A stretch of DNA of 64,000 bases from Paraspadella gotoi (Eukaryota > Animalia > Chaetognatha): NCBI GenBank assembly GCA_051294375.1, contig CM119263.1, positions 13,023,923 to 13,087,922 of the forward strand. Reading direction: 5' to 3'. The notes beneath the pieces are model-generated. The model saw nothing but the letters and a program-made list of their open reading frames with translations, had not been told where the DNA came from and did not search any database. The position numbers were made by a program, and so were the translations under genes. Shown here one piece after another: positions 52,238 through 64,000 of this stretch. Positions within the stretch are counted from its first letter, which is position 1. Each line of letters begins with the position of its first letter.

Positions 52238-52345
52238 CAGAAATCAAAGATACCAGATCCTAGCCATAGTTGGAACGGACTTTGCAATAGCTTGACCGGT
52301 TGATCGCAGAATAGAGGCTGGCTTTGTATGTAAATAACTTACCAA

Positions 52346-53002
52346 TGAAGAGACAGTAATTATTGTTATGGTAGTGCATAGAACCGTTCAATGTAAGCAG
52401 TCCCTGAGCTTCGGATCAGGCTGTAACACCATGTTACAGGCGGGTTAAGCGCCCCGTCCCTCTAAACTGCCAGACGACCACCGGGCTAGAACCCCGGACC
52501 TTTGGGTTGGGAGGCGAATGACTTGCCTCCAGCACCAATGGCCGCTGATGAACGGTTGGTGGGTTAGTCCACCATACATCCCCCCTCCCGTAGGAAGATG
52601 TCTGTTGCGTCTCTTCAGTGAATTGTTGTTGTTGGTGGAAACTGCGTCACCAAGTTGAGGCAAGTCGCCTGATGTGTTGTGGGCGGAAAGTGCATCGCCA
52701 GGTTGAGGCATGTTGCCTGAAAGTGTTGTTGTTGCTGTTGTGTTCGGAAGTCGGGCTCACCAATGAAGAGACAGTAATTATTGATAAGTGTTAATGACAG
52801 AACCGTTCAATGTAAGCAGTCCCTGAGCTTCGGATCAGGCTGTAACACCATGTTACAGGCGGGTTAAGCGCCCCGTCCCTCTAAACTGCCAGACGACCAC
52901 CGGGCTAGAACCCCGGACCTTTGGGTTGGGAGGCGAATGACTTGCCTCCAGCACCAATGGGGCGCTGCTATGACACGGTTGGTGGGTTTTAGTCCACCAT
53001 AC
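52346..53002 (-). mobile_element. Terminal-repeat retrotransposon in miniature (TRIM) with a tRNA-like module in each LTR
   Basis: Minus strand: 5' LTR 53002-52764 ending TCTTCA; 1-nt spacer; PBS TGGTGAGCCCGAC (52762-52750); ~160-bp core; PPT GGGAGGGGGGA (52589-52579); 3' LTR TGTATGG...TCTTCA (52578-52346). CCAA flanks both sides (52342-52345, ~53002-53005), consistent with a 4-bp TSD if an AC is missing at the outer end. Confidence 0.82.
52474..52545 (-). ncRNA. tRNA-derived (Gly-CCC-like) module inside the LTR, not a functional tRNA; second copy 52893-52965
   Basis: 72 nt: acceptor-like GCGGCCA/TGGTCGT, A-box-like TGGTGCTGGAGG, loop CTCCCAA, T arm CCGGG-GTTCTAG-CCCGG; the anticodon stem TTCGC/CCCAA is broken. 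Confidence 0.6.
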
Positions 53003-53098
53003 CAAAAAAAATTTACTTATCTTCTTTACATACCAAAAATTTTACTAATCTTCTTTACATACCATACGAAAGAATTTTACTTTTCTTCTTTACATACC
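53003..53098 (+). repeat. ~30-bp minisatellite (3 units, AAAAATTTACTTATCTTCTTTACATACC-like)
   Basis: Three imperfect tandem units directly flanking the TRIM. Confidence 0.75.
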
Positions 53099-54667
53099 TT
53101 GAACAATTTCCGCCAAAAATCTCTGATTTTCAATACTTTTTAATACTTTATATTCTTCAGCAATTCAGAATTCTCTAAGCTTTCTAGAATCATATTTTTT
53201 TCAAATACATTAAATTCATACTTTATAAGTACAAAACTAAGAGGTAGACAGAATTACTCAATCAATGGGGTAATAAAAGGAATACAATTAGAATTGTTAC
53301 ATCAATCTTGACTCCCTCACACCATATTGATCTTTTATTTTTCTTCAAAGAGTCCAGAGACCTACCAAGGTGGTTTTTGAAACCATTTTAAAATGCCCTT
53401 TTTTTTTACTTCAAAGTAAAAAAAAATTACTGTTTTGTTATTGTGACCTGCGATTTAAATTGACCTTCGGAAGTGAAAAATTAAAGATTAGGTAACAAAA
53501 AAAAATAGGTAACAAGAAACATTACTAATTCGTACCTTTTCGGACTTGTCAGGGAAAACGAGCTATTGGGTCAGAAAATCAGGAACGAAATAATGTTATA
53601 ATTAACTTTCTGCTTGATAGATAGGCATTTCACAGACAAATTGGTGAATTTATTAAATTATAAAAACTTAATTTTCCGGGACGAAGAGTTAAAAAATGGA
53701 AAAAATGCAGACCATAAAAAAGAGAAATTCCCAGTAAAGTGAAAATTGCTTGCGATTGTCCTTGTTATTTTGGTTGCATTAATTTTGCTTTTCTAAATAT
53801 TATTGTTTTTGTCTTTATTTATTTCTGAAGCAATTAATGCTTCATCAAAAAACGTCTAGAGGATAACTTATCCATAGTTATACACTCGCCTGAAAAAATT
53901 TATTACAAAATCACTGCTGTTCAACGTCTTCAAATGGTCAGCCAGAAATGGAACTTTGTTTTGACTAAGATCATGAATACTTTTATTTCGTTTTGTATTA
54001 AACTTGAAATATAGGAAAATAGTAAAGATATTAGTTTCTACTTCTTTTGTTCCGTATATATCAATGTCAATACGTATTTTTGATGTTTAAGACTACATAC
54101 CATGTTGTTTTCTTAATTTTCATTTTAAAAATCAATGTACAGTATTTATTTATTTTCGTCCGTTCATTCGTTCCGATTGGGTCAGGGGTCTCTCGGTGAG
54201 GGTCAAGCGAAACGCCGGCCTCTGACTCCGGGTCAAATCCTCAAAGACAAACAGGCGAAACAAAAGGGAAAAATACTAAACAAAATAAAAACGGGGATGA
54301 AAAGGAAGTGACCCTGGGAAAAACCCTTACCCAATTCCCTCGGACATTGCGAGCCTTACCCTGCTCATCGGCCCTCCGTGAATTTATGATTATCTCACCT
54401 CAGCGGGACGCCGTAGCGATTCGTTTAAAGATCTAATATTTCCTTCTCGACTACATAATGCGTTACGGCTTCGCGTCAAAAGTGACGGAGAAAACTTTTT
54501 CGGGCTTGGGTCCGGCGACGACCCGGTACTCATAAAAAGTTCATGGGGAGAAAGAGATGATCGGGAACAATGGATGTATTAAATTTTCCTTTCGCGCAAG
54601 AAAAGCCCGTAGAGACCAGAGGTTGGGAAAGATCATTGTTCCATCCTCAATGACAAAAATTTCGAGA

Positions 54668-54752
<85 letters not shown>

Positions 54753-57074
54753 GCCCTCGAGGCATGGCTAATGTATGAGGAGGCCGCGTGAATGGAAACC
54801 CATTTGGATTTTGCCACAGATTTTCCCTCTTCAAGGACGAATTACGTCGGGTCACCCGAGCTTTTTTCTTTCTTTTTTCTTACTTTCATCTTTGTGTTTC
54901 CCTTCTTTTCTACTTTCACCACCTTTTTTTTTTCTTTCTTTTCCATTTCCTTTCCATTAAGAGTAAGTGAAAATCCATAACACCTGAGGGGGGGGGAGAG
55001 CATATTAAATTTTTAAAGTAATGAAAGAATTGAATGAATGAATGATCGAATGATCGATTTATTTGATGATTGACTCAGTAGTCAATAGTCAATTAATTTG
55101 CCGAATAAACGATTCGACGTGATTGCTGACAAGGTTGACTTTCGCCGACGGAACCGGCAACGTTTTCCTCGCAACATCCGGCTTTTGGCGCGATTCTTTT
55201 CTCGAGATCGTCGATCTGGATTCTTTTATTTGAGGAGGTCACGACTTGGAATTGTCACGATGACAGAAAAAGATCGTTAATCTCAATCGTGGCTTAAGGA
55301 AGACCTGGAAAGGGAATATGGAATAAAATTATCGAAATGGCGAAATGTCCTTTGCTATCCCGAAAATAAAAAAAAGATAAGGAATAAATAGCAAAAGCGA
55401 CACTCATCGACTAAAGGCGGCTTGCTCTAATTTTCGACAAAGGCGTGAGATTATTCGTAAATAAACGATTATTACTTCCAGGCCTATTCATTACTTCGAC
55501 GATCGGTTTCCTAATATGGAAAATAGGGGAAAAAAAAAACCCCGATAATTTTCCCTCGCTAATAACATTCACTGGATTTTATCTCTGTTAACCGTGAGCA
55601 TTTTTAACGTGACTTTCGAAGGTCACAACCTCATCTGAGTCATCGACGGACTCAATTTATTGTCGCGATCAATATATTAATTCTTTGACAAAAATATAAT
55701 CAACTTAATATCCACTCTCGATCGACCACCTCTTTTCTCCCTCTTCTACCCTCCAACCTCCTCCTCTCGCGATGCGGGACCGAGGGCCGAACTTACCCTC
55801 ATCCTCCGGTCACGTGACGCGAGGACATAAGGACCGAACATAACCTTTATTGACGATACAAACTTCTCGGGTAACGATTTTAAAGAGATCTCGTCGTTAC
55901 TTGCGGAGTGAATGAGTGTCCAACCCGCTGGTTTTGGAACTGATTAGTGATTATCGCTCTTTTTTCGGTTTCTCCACTTTATCATCAACGATCATCTTCG
56001 TTAAACAAAAAAAGACAAATGACGGATTGAAGATGAACATGATGGTAACGAATCTTAAAAACTAAGGAATTAAATTTTCCTTTTAGTCGATATTGTCAAA
56101 ATATTAAGGCAAAATGTATATAGAAAGAGCCCAGCTAGAGAAAGTTCTGATATTTCTTTAAAAAAAACAAAAAAACTTAACGCTGGGAAAAAGTTTCATG
56201 CTCAATTGATTCTTTAATCGTTGTCATCGTCGTATTCGTCGCTTCGGTCTCAGACTGGCCCGTCGCGCAAAGGGACCCGTCCGGTCAGGGAGGGCCGCAA
56301 ATGAGCAAGGGAAATCTTGCCCGTCGCCCATCGAATCTACCCAACGGGCGTTAAATATTTTTTCCAACTTTTAACGTCTCGTCCCACAGTACTTTTTGTA
56401 CTGTGGGGACTTTAGCCTCAATGTATTCATTTCATGTGAGAAAAATGCTATTTAGTCCACTAATTTTATCTTTCATTCTCAGTCATCAATGATGACTCAT
56501 CGTTTATTCTATTAAATCGTTATTTCCGTAACTGAAACAAAATTATCGATATCCAAAAGTTTTTTTTCGATAAAGTAAGAACTCTATACCGTTATTATGT
56601 GATTTTTCACTTCTATATTCAAATTTAATAATTTTTAATTTCAAATTTTGCGAGTTTTTTCCTCTTTCTCTCTCTTTTTTGTTTTTATTTGTTTCTTCGC
56701 TTCTTATTTTCATACATTCTTGTTGCTGTTTTTTTTTCTTTTCTCTTTCAATGACATCTCATCTTTCAAACGATATTTTCTTTTCCGATATTTTCTCGTG
56801 CATCAATGTGACACCGTCTCCAAAATACCGTGTTATCAAAACAATAACAATAACAATTCAATTCAAGAAACTACTTGTTTCACTCGTTCATGTTCCACTT
56901 GTTTATACTATTAATTATCTCGAAAAAAAGGCCGAGAAACCTTTGTGTGTTTTTATCACTTGTTTACATGAACTTTGGTGAAAAAACAAAACCATTGGAT
57001 TCACCAAGGGAAACAATATTAAATATTCTCTCTCTCTCTCTCTCTCTCTCTTCTCTTCTCTCTCTCTTCTTCTT

Positions 57075-57126
<52 letters not shown>

Positions 57127-57543
57127 TATTGTTGGCGAAACCACTGTTATCATAAAGCCGCGTCATTCTCGATCGTAATTCACAATTCCCGTTTGTTAGT
57201 TACCGCCGTTCGATCGCCGGATTATAGCCGAACTTATTGTTCAAATCCGTCGCCATAGGAACAGGACGCTCCGGATTTCGTCTTCCGTGTTAATTATTGG
57301 GATATACTGTAGTGAATAAAATTTAGAAAAACGTCATCTTTTTTAGCAAATACTTCTCACAACCCAGCAAAATACGGTAAGCTTTTGTTTTTGGGTGACA
57401 TTTCGGGAGAACGATCAAACCCAAGTAGTTTAAAAGACGTTGACCACGACGACGACGACAAGGACGAAAAAAAACGACGATCATCCATTTAAATCTCAGA
57501 TCCGTCTCGGTCAACCGCGGCTGACGCAAGGGGAAAGGTAAAC

Positions 57544-57784
57544 CGAGGAGGTCAAAGGAATCCCAATGCCCATAAAAAGGCCTCATGGGCTGCGCGACCC
57601 CTCGGGCCGTAGCGAGCATCGTGACCCTCGGGGGGGGAGGGGGAGAGGGCGAGGGATCGTTTAATCGATGGATTGAGACGAGAACGGATTCCGGGAAACT
57701 CTTTTCCCGTAAAACGGGTGACGACAGCGACGACCACTTCGAAGATTCACGGTTGGAGGGCGAGGGGGGGGGAGGCCTTGAGGT
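57544..57784 (-). CDS. Possible exon of an unidentified minus-strand gene
   Basis: TCTTCTCCACAG acceptor, open GC-rich frame ending MLATARGVAQPMRPFYGHWDSFDLL, G|GT donor; no family recognised. Confidence 0.22.
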
Positions 57785-58176
57785 CTGTGGAGAAGACTCG
57801 ATCGATTAAGCAAGATAAGACTTTTGTCGAAATTTTTTTATGAACTTATCCCACTTCGTTCGGTTCTCGTTTATGGTGAATTCAAAGTAATTGTTTAATC
57901 ATCAGTATCTTCCTCTCTCAATTCGAGCGACAACACAGATTTCAAATGAGAAGCTTGCAGACATTGTCAGACAACCTCTTTCGCCTTCTTTCCTTTCTCC
58001 CTTTCAACCGTCGAGTGAGATGAAAAGAAAAAAAAAGAAGAGTTCGTGACGCGTGAATTCAACGAAAACCGACGCGGCGACGCGGTGACGCGAGCGTTCG
58101 ATTGTCTCGTCTTGCATTAAAAATTCGGGGAAAATGGCACGTCCTCGCTCAGCAGTCAATCAATCAGTCAACCAGT

Positions 58177-58286
58177 CTTTTTTTTTTCTTTCTTTCTTTC
58201 TTTCCTTCTTTCTTTCTTTCGTTTTTTCTTTCGTTTTTTCTTTCTTTCATTCTTTTTTTCTTTCTTTCTTTCGTTCTTTCGTTCTC

Positions 58287-58322
<36 letters not shown>

Positions 58323-58326
58323 TTTT
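58177..58326. repeat. (TTTC)n microsatellite (similar tract at 62200-62405)
   Basis: Seen directly. Confidence 0.95.
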
Positions 58327-61300
58327 GCTCTCTAACTGTCATCCGCTCGCGCTATTATACGAAACGCAACGGCAGATGGCGAGCGCGGACGCGGTGATCA
58401 CGTGACTCCCGATCCCGTCCTCTCTCTCTCGCGCGCGCTCACTTACTCGTCAAAGAAGCAGAGAGAGACAGAGACTGACTTTTCACGCGATCACCGTCTG
58501 TCCCCCTGATTCCATTTTCGCGGACGGATAACGTGTGCGAGCGACACGGCGTAAATTAACGATAATAGACCAAACGTTACGTTCTTTGGGTAAGTTGGGT
58601 TCTATCCTTCGTGGCTGTCACGATTGAGTGAGTTAACCTCGGAAGGAGGTCGGGCGCGACAGGGTCGGGACGAAGAAGAGGAAGAGGAGGAAGAGCGAAA
58701 AAGAAGAGGAAACTGCGGACGAGAAGAATCTTGAAAAAAAAAAAAAAAAATTAAAGAAAAAAAAAGCGATGAGGGCGTCCGGTGAGTTGGCTCTCGACCG
58801 CGACCTTACCCTCATAAAACCTCTCCGCCAATTTGGAGAATCGAGGGCGGATGAGGGTCGCGCTCCGATTCGGGTCGGGTCGTCCGATTAATATCGATTA
58901 AGAAAATTAACTTCTTCTTCCTCTCGCGAGTCTCGACCTGATAGAAACGAAAGTGGGAGATTAACGAGGTGGAGGGGGGGGGAAGGGGGGGAGGGACTCC
59001 CATTAGTCGGATTGGACCGAGTTTCTCCTTCCGATAATAACGCGGACCTTTTTTTTTTGTTTCTCTGGATCGAGAGAGTCTCGCGGGAGACGAAAAAAAA
59101 AAAAGATTTTGGGATTTTGATTGGGAAAGACGACGTCTCGCCACTCGCGCCCTCCCTCTGGGCTTCGCGTGTCCCGAAACTCTCCTCTTATCAAATTGAG
59201 AAAAGTCGAAATAATAAAAAAAAATCGTGAAAGGAAAAAATTAATTAAAGTTTGAGAGAAAATCGGTGAGCGATGACGTCAACTTGACGTCGGAGAGATT
59301 CTTTCCTTTTACGAAACTTTCTTTTTTTGGGGGAGATGAAAATTAAAATTCTTTTTTTACGGTGCGTATATAAAGTTTTTTATACGTTCGAAGTAACTAT
59401 TCAACCAATAAAATTTTATTTTGACGCTAAAGGATGTCCTTTTAGGTGATGAGTGATGACGCTTTTGACAGACTAAAACATAACCGCTCGAAAATTAGAC
59501 AGTATCAACTTTCAACTTTTCAGGCCGGAGCGGTTTATTTCCTTGATTAATAAATAGGCCGAATAACGGGGCCGGAAAGACTTAATTCCTTTTACGTACG
59601 GAAATCTCTGCTGCTTAGACATAAATCAGAACCGAAAAGGCTCGCCAAACATTCTTTATAATTTCTCTCCAAGTTCAACAGTTACGATGGTGTCCGAAAT
59701 GGAAGCCGGGATTATATGTACCTCTTACATCCGGGCCTCGGTGATCCTCGTCTTCGGCAGGGGCGTCCATCTGCCACCGCAATCCCCGCTCGCATCTGTT
59801 GTTGAATTCAAAGGTTTCGGTGAAGTCGGTTGGGAGGTGAAAGGGGAAGTAAATGGAGGGGGGGAGAAGCGGGGGAGCGGGGGTTCGAAAGAGAAAGGAG
59901 AAGAAGAAAAAAAGGGGACAAATTTCAAGGAGGAAAAATGAAGACAAAAAAATTAGGGACCAAAAAGAAGCCGACGAAAAATGACAAAGACTGGAACAAT
60001 TCTTCTCTTTCTTCTCTTCTTGTTTTCCTCACGCGCCGAGATGCCGTCCATTCAAATTTCCCCTCTCTCATTGATCACCCTCTTCACCACCTCCGATCAC
60101 CCTTCTCACACATCCGGTCCTTTTCTATTTGGCTTTTCTCCCGTAGACCCGCATATATCGGCCTCGATCCCCCTTCTTGTTTGTTCGCTATTTGGCGTTC
60201 TTCTTATCACAGCTTTTCACCGTGAACCACCATGTATAGCGTAATAACGAGGTTAACCACGCTAACGCTATGTATCTTTGTGCATTGGCCGGTCTGTCCG
60301 TCCATCTAAGTATAATTGATAACTTAATTATTTTTTTATAAATTTATTATTCTTTTAAATTATATGGAACATTTGCTTTTTTGAAGATAATATTAATTAA
60401 ATAAATTAATTAAAGCAGCCATCTTTCACATTGCTTTCCACAATATTATCGCCGTTGGCGTCGGCATATTTCGTAAAATATTTTCATCGAATATTGCATT
60501 CATTTAAAATACTAATAGTAGTATGTAAACTTAAGCAATCTACGTCTGCATTCGCGTTTTGATTTTCATGACGTTCAATTCTGACTGGGGATAACCTAAG
60601 TAAAAATCCTCCATTTTAATGTCAGAATTAACTAATACAAAAATTGCCTACAACCGAAATCAGAGGAGGGCATAATAATAATAATAATAATAATTATGGG
60701 AGAATCACGCGACAACAACAAAGTCTTCTTTGACTGAAGTCCTTTCACTTCTTCTTCAACAAGAAGCCTTGCAACGCCGCAAACGCACAAGGTCAAACTC
60801 TTCGGGAACTCGGAGCTTGGCCCGCAACGATGAACTGAAGCTAAACAAGTGAGAAAAGAGAATGACAACTGGGTTTACCTTCAGGTTTATCCTCGACGAT
60901 AAGATAATGTATTGTTCCATTGATCCCAAAATTAGAAATGGCGAAAACAAGAAGTCTTCCTGGAAAGAGAGAAGTGATATTATGGAAATGGCTGAGGGGC
61001 ATATGGGAATAAGAAGCGTGCTATCCTAAAAATAGCAAAGTTTCATCATTAAAAGAGTGAAATGGTCATCAACGAAAGTGGCAATATGGTCATAGGAACA
61101 AATTTAATTGCTATTTTGGACCATAAGAGTAAAGAAGTAAATTTTTAAATACCGTTAAAGCGAAGAAGCGTCTCGGAAATAGCGAAGGTTCATAGCAAAT
61201 CAATCTTATTATTGAAACATCTTTAAGTACGTAGAATCAAGCCATCATGGAACCAATCGGTTAGGTTTTAGAGAATTTATTATTTTAAATCTTTATGAAT

Positions 61301-61842
61301 TTATGTAATTTAACAATTTAAAAAAACGACAGGATTAAGTCATAAACTTACCTTGGCTCTTCATTTACGGATTAGGTCGTGAAAGGTCCAGATCGTATTT
61401 CTGTAAACAATACAAAGCGAGATACTTGAAAGAAAGAAGCCGACAAGTTTTTTAAAAAAAAACCCTATTCAACTCTGTTACAAAAAAGAAAGAAAAAGTG
61501 AAAAAAGAAAAGGAATTTTGAATTCAATCAAAATGTCTTAAAAATCAAACTGATAACAAAATTTTAAATCAAAACCAATTTCGGTAAAGAAGACTGTCAG
61601 AATAAAACTGAAGAAATAATAGAAAGCTAACCGTTGAAAAAGAAGCCATTATAAATGAAAAAAAAACGATAAAAAAGAACAAAAAGAAGCCGTTGCATTG
61701 GCGATGAAAAACGACACAAATGTCGACAAAAGAAAATTGTTAAAAGCAAAGATGTAACAGGATAAGGCGCAGAAGTGGGGAGGAGTATTCCGAGGTATAA
61801 TCATTGGTGAGGGAGGTTTGAATTTTAGGTTTTTCTTTTTTG

Positions 61843-62194
61843 TTTAGCCGCGAGTACTCGCGGAGCAACTCTATAAGTCACTTTTCGGTCGGTCTGTCGG
61901 TCGGTATGTCTGTCCGTCGGTCTGTCCCACTTACGTTAAAAATGTTAAGGCAGGAAAAAACCTCAAATTTTAATGACTGCTTGCGCCGCCTTCAGGAAAT
62001 CCTAAAACTATAAGGAATAAAAGACGGAATTTCAATACAGTGCATGTCATAAATACACGGGCTAAGAAAGATTTTAGTCATGTCATATCTTGTTATGTCA
62101 TGTCATGGTATATCATATCATGTGATCATAGGAAAATACACGTGAAAATAAAGTCACTGCGGCGCAACGATATTGGATGAAAACTGATCTTGTT
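61843..62194 (+). mobile_element. Uninterrupted HINE-like element (~350 bp), showing the empty site for the hAT insertion
   Basis: Perfect palindrome CCGCGAGTACTCGCGG (61848-61863), GCAACTCTATAAGTCACTTTTCGG, (GTCG/GTCY)n, single CTGCTTGC at 61977-61984, (TCATG)n-like repeats, GCGGCGCAAC (62159-62168), CTTGTT end. Confidence 0.78.
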
Positions 62195-64000
62195 GGGTCA
62201 ATTTCTTTCTTTCTTTATATATTCTCTTAGTTCTTATCTTTCTTTCTTTCTTTCTTTCTTTTCTTTTCTTTTCTTTCTTTCTTTATTTATTTCTATCCTT
62301 CTATCTTTTTTTCTTCTTTCTTTTTTTTTTCTTTTTTTACGTTTTCTCTCTGTCTCTCTCTCTCTCTCGCTCTCTCTCTCTTTCTCTCTTTCTTTCTCAT
62401 CTCTCCAGTCACGTTTTTGAGAAAAACAATCCAACTACTCAAATACTCATTCTTTCCTTATGTTATGAAAATATAAATATGATTGAAAGTATTGGTATTG
62501 GTATAGGAGTGTGACGCTTCGGTTTTCGAGTATAAAGAAAATATCTTGCCGTTTATTATCCTCATAGTCGCAGTATAACCTGTTCAACCGTAATCCTTTT
62601 TTCATTTTCTATGAAGGGCACGATTGCCCGTTGTTGCCGACTACCAGAAAACGAAGTTGCGTAAGCCTCCTTTTCACCTTTTTTTTCGCTAGTTTTTAAT
62701 TTTCATGAAATTGGTACAACCCATATAAAAAGTATCCATTCATTCAATAAGCTATTTTGTCCATGACTTTGGACAGGCTTTATTTAGTATAAATAAATTT
62801 GGGTTATAACTGTGAATGTCATTTTCCTTTTAGGTAATCATCAATATTATGACCATGCATCATTAACCGTTCCATTAACTTCTCCAAAAAGTTTAAGAAA
62901 TTGAATCGTTAACAATGAATTTTCTCTTATCATTACTTTGCTTAGTGTTTTGGTTATTCGTTTAAACTTAATATGCCAGTAATTTTCTACTATTTTTCTT
63001 CAACCTTCCGATTTGACTCACTCCACTCCTATCCATCTCCACAGTAACTTGGAAATCGTCGCAAACTTTCCGACGCGACGACGGGACGACTGCGGAGCGC
63101 GGTTCGGCCGCTGCTACGCGGCGACGAAGCCGCCGCTCCTGTCGCAGTCCCGCGTCCGTCCGGTCGTCCCGTCAAACCCCTCCTCCTCTTCCCCTTGTCT
63201 TTCGGATGAGTGCCGCGCATCCTCTTCTTTCCTTAATTCTCCTTTTAGGTTCTTTCCTTTTTTCTCCTCGCCCCTTTTTACTTTTTTTAATATTCCCCCT
63301 CCTCTGCCCCATTCGATTTTCTCCAGATTTCCTTTCTCTCTCACGATCTCTCGTTTCTCCCTTTTTCTCATGACGTTTCTCCAGATTTAACTTGACTTCA
63401 ACTCTCTCCCATTTTGGGAGTAGATTCTTCGCAATGCAATATTTTCCCCTGGTATCGATCACTTTCCCCTCCACGATCCATTTTTCACAACACCGCTTTT
63501 TTTTTCTCCAATCTTTAAAAGGATACCGCCTCCATACTCGAGCTTCCAAACGCTTTCGCTTGCTCGATCAAGCTCGATCAAGCACCGAGTAAGACGAGCG
63601 ATAAATCATTTTTGCTCGCCGCTTAATTTCATCGTCAACTCATTTTTACGATTTGATTTTTAAAAATCTCACTCCTTTCGTGCGACTCTGCGTGACTTTG
63701 TACGACTTCGTGACTTGCGTACACAAACTACCAAAGACCACGTGAACTCAGCCCCAATTTATCGAAAGAAAGTCTTTTTTTTTTAATTTTCGCCGCCAAC
63801 GAAAAAAAAACAAACCAGAACGAGGAATGATTTACTCTATTTCAAAACGTAACGATGTTTGTAAATGTGCAGATGCCGATAAATACAGAAGCTCTAAATT
63901 TGGGGTGGCGGTTTGTTTTTTCCTTTTTTTTTCAGATCGGAAGATTAAAAACAGATCTTGCTTCTGGTTATTTTTTTTAGAAACTCATAATTCTTTAATG

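Larger units (their letters stand above)
34600..52905 (+). repeat. ~9.3-kb tandem duplication (copy 1 ~34600-43851; copy 2 ~43890-52905)
   Basis: Colinear throughout, including the HINE, GPCR, Tc1 fragment and TRIM; junction lies in a TC/GA microsatellite at 43856-43897; copy 1 becomes insertion-rich towards its end. Confidence 0.95.

Noticed and set aside
52474-52545. Functional tRNA-Gly(CCC) gene
   Set aside because: The anticodon stem has two C-C mismatches in both clean copies, the T loop is atypical, and it sits within an LTR.
52545-52578. Hammerhead (CTGATGA at 52545) or HDV-like ribozyme (GGCGAATG near 52513) in the LTR
   Set aside because: No GAAA follows the GGTGG/CCACC stem, and I could not build the P1/P2/P3 pseudoknot.
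52445-52711. 88-aa ORF starting in the TRIM core as a gag remnant
   Set aside because: No gag motifs; it runs through the PPT into the LTR and derives from a short internal repeat.
52210-52965. Simple tRNA-SINE dimer with a (TGAGTCA)n tail
   Set aside because: The repeats extend ~30 bp upstream of the tRNA head and end at TG/CA with adjacent PBS and PPT, which fits an LTR element better.
53672-53692. piggyBac-like terminus (..GAAGAG TTAA)
   Set aside because: No partner inverted end found nearby.
6314-62434. Many ORFs with ERERER, SLSLSL or FFLSFF runs, and ORFs made of X
   Set aside because: Translations of (GA)n, (TC)n, (TTTC)n microsatellites or N gaps; no coding signal.
1-64000. CRISPR arrays, rRNA genes, prokaryotic operons
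   Set aside because: No repeat-spacer periodicity or rRNA motifs; intron-containing eukaryotic sequence.

Overview
AT-rich eukaryotic (most likely invertebrate animal) draft-assembly sequence with spliceosomal introns, dense (GA)n/(TC)n microsatellites, six N gaps and indel-rich stretches; most ORFs in the supplied track are microsatellite or antisense artefacts. Supported content: (1) a 9-exon, 352-aa, highly divergent rhodopsin-class GPCR on the minus strand (47849-51620; noisier second copy 38600-42565); (2) a three-tier transposon nest at 16.0-21.9 kb, where a Helentron/DINE-1-like non-autonomous element is interrupted by a 5.6-kb hAT (hATm-like) element with 11-bp TIRs and an 8-bp TSD, whose transposase intron holds a 5'-truncated Penelope-like retroelement with inverted 500-bp arms and hammerhead-like cores; (3) a ~660-bp miniature LTR element (TRIM: TG..CA LTRs, PBS, PPT) whose LTRs each carry a 72-nt tRNA-like module, lying just upstream of the GPCR next to four tandem TGACTCA sites; (4) a 1.2-kb TTAA-targeting TIR element present in only one copy of a 4.1-kb duplication; (5) a spliced gene of unknown function at 6.5-9.5 kb with two competing reading frames. 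The 4.1-kb and 9.3-kb tandem duplications are probably uncollapsed haplotypes or gap-filling artefacts. All calls come from reading the sequence by eye; no database search was run.
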